Shown piece after piece: positions 54,757 to 64,000 of a DNA stretch of 64,000 nucleotides. This DNA comes from Auanema rhodensis. Its lineage: Eukaryota; Animalia; Nematoda. The first letter of the stretch is position 1, and each line of letters opens with the position of its first letter. The stretch covers positions 4,712,001-4,776,000 of the forward strand of contig OZ059897.1 in NCBI GenBank assembly GCA_964057225.1, read 5' to 3'. The notes under the pieces are model-generated. The model did not search any database and was not told where the DNA came from. It was given only the letters and a program-made list of their open reading frames with translations. The translations under genes were made by a program, and so were the position numbers.

Positions 54757-55809
54757 AATGTTTTTCAACGAAAAAATCATTTCTTCAGGGTGAAAATCGA
54801 GGATATAAGTGTGAACATATATCAGTTGATATCTCGGTGCATTTTTAAGCTAACTCAAATCTGATAACACAGATCAACGCAGCTTAAAAATCCGCATCAA
54901 ATGCACTATACTACATTGAGAAACGCTCTATACAAAAATTAGTTATTATCGTTTGAAAAATAATGCATTAGTGTATGTTGAGTTCCCATGTACACTCAAC
55001 ATTGCTTCCAAAAACATTTTGACAAAAATTTTCCCGAAAAATTTCTAAATAATTTCACAAAAAGTAGATGTTTTTAGATTTCTTTTTTCAAAGCGAAGAC
55101 ATTGGACAATGTTTTTCAACGAAAAAATCATTTCTTCAGGGTGAAAATCGAGGATATAAGTGTGAACATATATCAGTTGATATCTCGGTGCATTTTTAAG
55201 CTAACTCAAATCTGATAACACAGATCAACGCAGCTTAAAAATCCGCATCGAATGCACTATACTACATTGAGAAACGCTCTATACAAAAATTAGTTATTAT
55301 CGTTTGAAAAATAATGCGTTAGTGTATGCTGAGTTCCCATGTACACTCAACATTGCTTCCAAAAACATTTTGACAAAAATTTTTCCGAAAAATTTCTAAA
55401 TAATTTCACAAAAAGTAAATGTTTTTAGATTTCTTTTTTCAAAGCGAAGACATTGGACAATGTTTTTCAACGAAAAAATCATTTCTTCAGGGTGAAAATC
55501 GAGGATATAAGTGTGAACATATATCAGTTGATATCTCGGTGCATTTTTAAGCTAACTCAAATCTGATAACACAGATCAACGCAGCTTAAAAATCCGCATC
55601 GAATGCACTATACTACATTGAGAAACGCTCTATACAAAAATTAGTTATTATCGTTTGAAAAATAATGCATTAGTGTATGTTGAGTTCCCATGTACACTCA
55701 ACATTGCTTCCAAAAACATTTTGACAAAAATTTTCCCGAAAAAATTCTAAATAATTTCACAAAAAGTAGATGTTTTTAGATTTCTTTTTTCAAAGCGAAG
55801 ACATTGGAC

Positions 55810-58800
55810 AATGTTTTTCAACGAAAAAATCATTTCTTCAGGGTGAAAATCGAGGATATAAGTGTGAACATATATCAGTTGATATCTCGGTGCATTTTTA
55901 AGCTAACTCAAATCTGATAACACAGATCAACGCAGCTTAAAAATCCGCATCGAATGCACTATACTACATTGAGAAACGCTCTATACAAAAATTAGTTATT
56001 ATCGTTTGAAAAATAATGCATTAGTGTATGCTGAGTTCCCATGTACACTCAACATTGCTTCCAAAAACATTTTGACAAAAATTTTCCCGAAAAATTTCTA
56101 AATAGTTTCACAAAAAGTAGATGTTTTTAGATTCCTTTTTTCAAGGCGAAGACATTGGATAATGTTTTTCAACGAAAAAATCATTTCTTCAGGGTGAAAA
56201 TCGAGAATATAAGTGTGAACCTATATCAGTTGATATCTCGGTGCATTTTTAAGCTAGCTCAAATCTGATAACACAGATCGACGCAGCTTAAAAATCCGCA
56301 TCGAATGCACTATACTACATTGAGAAACGCTATTTACAAAAATCAGTTATGATCGTTTGAAAAATAATGCATTAGTGTATGTTGAGTTCCCATGTACACT
56401 CAACATTGCTTCCAAAAACATTTTGACAAAAATTTTCCCGAAAAATTTCTAAATAGTTTCACAAAAAGTAGATGTTTTTAGATTCCTTTTTTCAAGGCGA
56501 AGACATTGGATAATGTTTTTCAACGAAAAAATCATTTCTTCAGGGTGAAAATCGAGAATATAAGTGTGAACCTATATCAGTTGATATCTCGGTGCATTTT
56601 TAAGCTAGCTCAAATCTGATAACACAGATCGACGCAGCTTAAAAATCCGCATCGAATGCACTATACTACATTGAGAAACGCTATTTACAAAAATCAGTTA
56701 TGATCGTTTGAAAAATAATGCATTAGTGTATGTTGAGTTCCCATGTACACTCAACATTGCTTCCAAAAACATTTTGACAAAAATTTTCCCGAAAAATTTC
56801 TAAATAATTTCACAAAAAGTAGATGTTTTTAGATTCCTTTTTTCAAGACGAAGACGATGGACAATGTTTTTCAACGAAAAAATCATTTCTTCAGAGTGAA
56901 AATCGAGGATATAAGTGTGAACATATATCAGTTGATATCTCGGTGCATTTTTAAGCTAACTCAAATCTGATAACACAGATCGACGCAGCTTAAAAATCCG
57001 CATCGAATGCACTATACTACATTGAGAAACGCTCTATACAAAAATTAGTTATGATCGTTTGAAAAATAATGCATTAGTGTATGTTGAGTTCCCATGTACA
57101 CTCAACATTGCTTCCAAAAACATTTTGACAAAAATTTTCCCGAAAAATTTCTAAATAATTTCACAAAAAGTACATGTTTTTAGATTCCTTTTTTCAAGAC
57201 GAAGACGATGGACAATGTTTTTCAACGAAAAAATCATTTCTTCAGAGTGAAAATCGAGGATATAAGTGTGAACATATATCAGTTGATATCTCGGTGCATT
57301 TTTAAGCTAACTCAAATCTGATAACACAGATCGACGCAGCTTAAAAATCCGCATCGAATGCACTATATTACATTGAGAAACGCTCTATACAAAAATTAGT
57401 TATGATCGTTTGAAAAATAATGCATTAGTGTATGTTGAGTTCCCATGTACACTCAACATTGCTTCCAAAAACATTTTGACAAAAATTTTCCCGAAAAATT
57501 TCTAAATAATTTCACAAAAAGTAGATGTTTTTAGATTCCTTTTTTCAAGGCGAAGACGATGGACAATGTTATGCAACAAAAAAATCATTTCTTCAGGGTT
57601 AAAATCGAGGATATAAGTGTGAAACTATATCAGTTGATATCTCGGTGCATTTTTAAGCTAACTCAAATCTGATAACACAGATCGACGCAGCTTAAAAATC
57701 CGCATCGAATGCACTATATTACATTGAGAAACGCTCTATACAAAAATTAGTTATGATCGTTTGAAAAATAATGCATTAGTGTATGTTGAGTTCCCATGTA
57801 CACTCAACATTGCTTCCAAAAACATTTTGACAAAAATTTTCCCGAAAATTTTCTAAATAATTTCACAAAAAGTAGATGTTTTTAGATTCCTTTTTTCAAG
57901 GCGAAGACGATGGACAATGTTATGCAACAAAAAAATCATTTCTTCAGGGTTAAAATCGAGGATATAAGTGTGAAACTATATCAGTTGATATCTCGGTGCA
58001 TTTTTAAGCTAGCTCAAATCTGATAACACAGATCGACGCAGCTTAAAAATTCGCATCGAATGCACTATACTACATTGAGAAACGCTCTATACAAAAATTA
58101 GTTATGATCGTTTGAAAAATAATGCATTAGTGTATGTTGAGTTCCCATGTACACTCAACATTGCTTCCAAAAACATTTTGACAAAAATATTCCCGAAAAA
58201 TTTCTAAATAATTTGACAAAAAGTAGATGTTTTTAGATTCCTTTTTTCAAGACGAAGACATTGGACAATGTTTTTCAACGAAAAAATCATTTCTTCAGGG
58301 TGAAAATCGAGGATATAAGTGTGAAACTATATCAGTTGATATCTCGGTGCATTTTTAAGCTAACTCAAATCTGATAACACAGATCGACGCAGCTTAAAAA
58401 TCCGCATCGAATGCACTATACTACATTGAGAAACGCTCCATACAAAAATTAGTTATGATCGTTTGAAAAATAATGCATTAGTGTATGTTGAGTTCCCATG
58501 TACACTCAACATTGTTTCCAAAAACATTTTGACAAAAATTTTCCCGAAAAATTTCTAAATAATTTCACAAAAAGTAGATGTTTTTAGATTTCTTTTATCA
58601 AGACGAAGACGATGGACAATGGTTTTCAACGAAAAAATCATTTCTTCAGGGTTAAAATCGAGGATATAAGTGTGAAACTATATCAGTTGATATCTCGGTG
58701 CATTTTTAAGCTAACTCAAATCTGATAACACAGATCAACGCAGCTTAAAAATTCGCATCGAATGCACTATACTACATTGAGAAACGCTCTATACAAAAAT

Positions 58801-61800
58801 TAGTTATTATCGTTTGAAAAATAATGCATTAGTGTATGCTGAGTTCCCATGTACACTCAACATTGCTTCCAAAAACATTTTGACAAAAATTTTTCCGAAA
58901 AATTTCTAAATAATTTCACAAAAAGTAAATGTTTTTAGATTTCTTTTTTCAAGGCGAAGACATTGGACAATGTTTTTCAACGAAAAAATCATTTCTTCAG
59001 GGTGAAAATCGAGGATATAAGTGTGAACATATATCAGTTGATATCTCGGTGCATTTTTAAGCTAACTCAAATCTGATAACACAGATCAACGCAGCTTAAA
59101 AATCCGCATCAAATGCACTATACTACATTGAGAAACGCTCTATACAAAAATTAGTTATTATCGTTTGAAAAATAATGCATTAGTGTATGTTGAGTTCCCA
59201 TGTACACTCAACATTGCTTCCAAAAACATTTTGACAAAAATTTTCCCGAAAAATTTCTAAATAATTTCACAAAAAGTAGATGTTTTTAGATTTCTTTTTT
59301 CAAAGCGAAGACATTGGACAATGTTTTTCAACGAAAAAATCATTTCTTCAGGGTGAAAATCGAGGATATAAGTGTGAACATATATCAGTTGATATCTCGG
59401 TGCATTTTTAAGCTAACTCAAATCTGATAACACAGATCAACGCAGCTTAAAAATCCGCATCGAATGCACTATACTACATTGAGAAACGCTCTATACAAAA
59501 ATTAGTTATTATCGTTTGAAAAATAATGCGTTAGTGTATGCTGAGTTCCCATGTACACTCAACATTGCTTCCAAAAACATTTTGACAAAAATTTTTCCGA
59601 AAAATTTCTAAATAATTTCACAAAAAGTAAATGTTTTTAGATTTCTTTTTTCAAGGCGAAGACATTGGACAATGTTTTTCAACGAAAAAATCATTTCTTC
59701 AGGGTGAAAATCGAGGATATAAGTGTGAACATATATCAGTTGATATCTCGGTGCATTTTTAAGCTAACTCAAATCTGATAACACAGATCAACGCAGCTTA
59801 AAAATCCGCATCGAATGCACTATACTACATTGAGAAACGCTCTATACAAAAATTAGTTATTATCGTTTGAAAAATAATGCATTAGTGTATGTTGAGTTCC
59901 CATGTACACTCAACATTGCTTCCAAAAACATTTTGACAAAAATTTTCCCGAAAAATTTCTAAATAATTTCACAAAAAGTAGATGTTTTTAGATTTCTTTT
60001 TTCAAAGCGAAGACATTGGACAATGTTTTTCAACGAAAAAATCATTTCTTCAGGGTGAAAATCGAGGATATAAGTGTGAACATATATCAGTTGATATCTC
60101 GGTGCATTTTTAAGCTAACTCAAATCTGATAACACAGATCAACGCAGCTTAAAAATCCGCATCGAATGCACTATACTACATTGAGAAACGCTCTATACAA
60201 AAATTAGTTATTATCGTTTGAAAAATAATGCATTAGTGTATGCTGAGTTCCCATGTACACTCAACATTGCTTCCAAAAACATTTTGACAAAAATTTTCCC
60301 GAAAAATTTCTAAATAGTTTCACAAAAAGTAGATGTTTTTAGATTCCTTTTTTCAAGGCGAAGACATTGGATAATGTTTTTCAACGAAAAAATCATTTCT
60401 TCAGGGTGAAAATCGAGAATATAAGTGTGAACCTATATCAGTTGATATCTCGGTGCATTTTTAAGCTAGCTCAAATCTGATAACACAGATCGACGCAGCT
60501 TAAAAATCCGCATCGAATGCACTATACTACATTGAGAAACGCTATTTACAAAAATCAGTTATGATCGTTTGAAAAATAATGCATTAGTGTATGTTGAGTT
60601 CCCATGTACACTCAACATTGCTTCCAAAAACATTTTGACAAAAATTTTCCCGAAAAATTTCTAAATAGTTTCACAAAAAGTAGATGTTTTTAGATTCCTT
60701 TTTTCAAGGCGAAGACATTGGATAATGTTTTTCAACGAAAAAATCATTTCTTCAGGGTGAAAATCGAGAATATAAGTGTGAACCTATATCAGTTGATATC
60801 TCGGTGCATTTTTAAGCTAGCTCAAATCTGATAACACAGATCGACGCAGCTTAAAAATCCGCATCGAATGCACTATACTACATTGAGAAACGCTATTTAC
60901 AAAAATCAGTTATGATCGTTTGAAAAATAATGCATTAGTGTATGTTGAGTTCCCATGTACACTCAACATTGCTTCCAAAAACATTTTGACAAAAATTTTC
61001 CCGAAAAATTTCTAAATAATTTCACAAAATGTAGATGTTTTTAGATTCCTTTTTTCAAGACGAAGACGATGGACAATGTTTTTCAACGAAAAAATCATTT
61101 CTTCAGAGTGAAAATCGAGGATATAAGTGTGAACATATATCAGTTGATATCTCGGTGCATTTTTAAGCTAACTCAAATCTGATAACACAGATCGACGCAG
61201 CTTAAAAATCCGCATCGAATGCACTATACTACATTGAGAAACGCTCTATACAAAAATTAGTTATGATCGTTTGAAAAATAATGCATTAGTGTATGTTGAG
61301 TTCCCATGTACACTCAACATTGCTTCCAAAAACATTTTGACAAAAATTTTCCCGAAAAATTTCTAAATAATTTCACAAAAAGTACATGTTTTTAGATTCC
61401 TTTTTTCAAGACGAAGACGATGGACAATGTTTTTCAACGAAAAAATCATTTCTTCAGAGTGAAAATCGAGGATATAAGTGTGAACATATATCAGTTGATA
61501 TCTCGGTGCATTTTTAAGCTAACTCAAATCTGATAACACAGATCGACGCAGCTTAAAAATCCGCATCGAATGCACTATATTACATTGAGAAACGCTCTAT
61601 ACAAAAATTAGTTATGATCGTTTGAAAAATAATGCATTAGTGTATGTTGAGTTCCCATGTACACTCAACATTGCTTCCAAAAACATTTTGACAAAAATTT
61701 TCCCGAAAAATTTCTAAATAATTTCACAAAAAGTAGATGTTTTTAGATTCCTTTTTTCAAGGCGAAGACGATGGACAATGTTATGCAACAAAAAAATCAT

Positions 61801-62478
61801 TTCTTCAGGGTTAAAATCGAGGATATAAGTGTGAAACTATATCAGTTGATATCTCGGTGCATTTTTAAGCTAACTCAAATCTGATAACACAGATCGACGC
61901 AGCTTAAAAATCCGCATCGAATGCACTATATTACATTGAGAAACGCTCTATACAAAAATTAGTTATGATCGTTTGAAAAATAATGCATTAGTGTATGTTG
62001 AGTTCCCATGTACACTCAACATTGCTTCCAAAAACATTTTGACAAAAATTTTCCCGAAAAATTTCTAAATAATTTCACAAAAAGTAGATGTTTTTAGATT
62101 CCTTTTTTCAAGGCGAAGACGATGGACAATGTTATGCAACAAAAAAATCATTTCTTCAGGGTTAAAATCGAGGATATAAGTGTGAAACTATATCAGTTGA
62201 TATCTCGGTGCATTTTTAAGCTAGCTCAAATCTGATAACACAGATCGACGCAGCTTAAAAATTCGCATCGAATGCACTATACTACATTGAGAAACGCTCT
62301 ATACAAAAATTAGTTATGATCGTTTGAAAAATAATGCATTAGTGTATGTTGAGTTCCCATGTACACTCAACATTGCTTCCAAAAACATTTTGACAAAAAT
62401 ATTCCCGAAAAATTTCCAAATAATTTGACAAAAAGTAGATGTTTTTAGATTCCTTTTTTCAAGACGAAGACATTGGAC
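55810..62478. repeat. 12-monomer higher-order repeat (4212 bp), second occurrence
   Basis: The G311C marker occurs at 57173 and 61385, with the same order of types as in 18253-24850. Confidence 0.85.
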
Positions 62479-64000
62479 AATGTTTTTCAACGAAAAAATC
62501 ATTTCTTCAGGGTGAAAATCGAGGATATAAGTGTGAAACTATATCAGTTGATATCTCGGTGCATTTTTAAGCTAACTCAAATCTGATAACACAGATCGAC
62601 GCAGCTTAAAAATTCGCATCGAATGCACTATACTACATTGAGAAACGCTCTATACAAAAATAAGTTATGATCGTTTGAAAAATAATGCATTAGTGTATGT
62701 TGAGTTCCCATGTACACTCAACATTGCTTCCAAAAACATTTTGACAAAAATTTTCCCGAAACATTTCTAAATAATTTCACAAAAAGTAGATGTTTTTAGA
62801 TTCCTTTTTTCAAGGCGAAGACATTGGATAATGTTTTTCAACGAAAAAATCATTTCTTCAGGGTGAAAATCGAGAATATAAGTGTGAACCTATATCAGTT
62901 GATATCTCGGTGCATTTTTAAGCTAGCTCAAATCTGATAACACAGATCGACGCAGCTTAAAAATCCGCATCGAATGCACTATACTACATTGAGAAACGCT
63001 ATTTACAAAAATCAGTTATGATCGTTTGAAAAATAATGCATTAGTGTATGTTGAGTTCCCATGTACACTCAACATTGCTTCCAAAAACATTTTGACAAAA
63101 ATTTTCCCGAAAAATTTCTAAATAATTTCACAAAAAGTAGATGTTTTTAGATTCCTTTTTTCAAGACGAAGACGATGGACAATGTTTTTCAACGAAAAAA
63201 TCATTTCTTCAGAGTGAAAATCGAGGATATAAGTGTGAACATATATCAGTTGATATCTCGGTGCATTTTTAAGCTAACTCAAATCTGATAACACAGATCG
63301 ACGCAGCTTAAAAATCCGCATCGAATGCACTATACTACATTGAGAAACGCTCTATACAAAAATTAGTTATGATCGTTTGAAAAATAATGCATTAGTGTAT
63401 GTTGAGTTCCCATGTACACTCAACATTGCTTCCAAAAACATTTTGACAAAAATATTCCCGAAAAATTTCTAAATAATTTGACAAAAAGTAGATGTTTTTA
63501 GATTCCTTTTTTCAAGACGAAGACATTGGACAATGTTTTTCAACGAAAAAATCATTTCTTCAGGGTGAAAATCGAGGATATAAGTGTGAAACTATATCAG
63601 TTGATATCTCGGTGCATTTTTAAGCTAACTCAAATCTGATAACACAGATCGACGCAGCTTAAAAATTCGCATCGAATGCACTATACTACATTGAGAAACG
63701 CTCTATACAAAAATAAGTTATGATCGTTTGAAAAATAATGCATTAGTGTATGTTGAGTTCCCATGTACACTCAACATTGCTTCCAAAAACATTTTGACAA
63801 AAATTTTCCCGAAACATTTCTAAATAATTTCACAAAAAGTAGATGTTTTTAGATTCCTTTTTTCAAGGCGAAGACATTGGATAATGTTTTTCAACGAAAA
63901 AATCATTTCTTCAGGGTGAAAATCGAGAATATAAGTGTGAACCTATATCAGTTGATATCTCGGTGCATTTTTAAGCTAGCTCAAATCTGATAACACAGAT

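Larger units (their letters stand above)
37909..62400. repeat. Second copy of a ~25-kb segment homologous to 1-24850 (macro-repeat, period ~38 kb)
   Basis: Rare markers recur in the same order: C267T at 267/38175, T21A at 2478/41088, T173C at 20882/58439, and G311C at 19616+23828 / 57173+61385. Confidence 0.85.
1..64000. repeat. Tandem satellite DNA array, 351-bp monomer, ~182.3 head-to-tail copies; both ends extend beyond the window
   Basis: The AATG(T/G)T monomer start recurs at 1, 352, 703 and so on. It is still in exact register at 7021, 14041, 21061, 28081, 35101, 42121, 49141, 56161 and 63181 (multiples of 20x351 plus 1). Copies differ only by a few substitutions each. Confidence 0.99.

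Noticed and set aside
62314-62502. Second 62-aa ORF as a gene or paralogue
   Set aside because: It is the same frame 111 monomers away, opened by a different single substitution (62417).
1-64000. CRISPR array or other repeat-plus-spacer or cassette system
   Set aside because: There are no unique spacers or cargo. The entire 351-bp unit is repeated at very high identity and there are no associated genes.
1-64000. Array as a pure assembly or concatemer artefact
   Set aside because: Variants are shared, linked and ordered in nested patterns, as expected of a real evolving array rather than random error or one looped unit. Individual block copy numbers still need read validation.

Overview
The whole 64-kb window is one uninterrupted, head-to-tail satellite DNA array. 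It holds about 182.3 copies of a 351-bp AT-rich monomer (about 31% GC by hand count of copy 1), all in the same orientation, and the register holds from base 1 to 64000 with no net indel. I find no credible gene, RNA gene, transposon or CRISPR array. The two predicted 62-aa ORFs are single satellite copies in which a TAG stop was lost by point mutation. The information lies in two places: a monomer densely packed with dyad symmetries and A/T tracts, and a barcode of about 50 substitution sites. That barcode reveals nested higher-order structure: 2-, 3-, 4-, 7-, 8-, 9- and 12-monomer units, an 11-13 kb block duplication and a ~38-kb macro-repeat, with mappable crossover junctions and gene-conversion patches. 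This looks like a recently homogenised eukaryotic (peri)centromeric or heterochromatic satellite. I cannot name the family or species from the sequence alone. Notation: Mn is monomer n, starting at 1+351(n-1); pN is position N within the monomer. All variant typing was done by eye.
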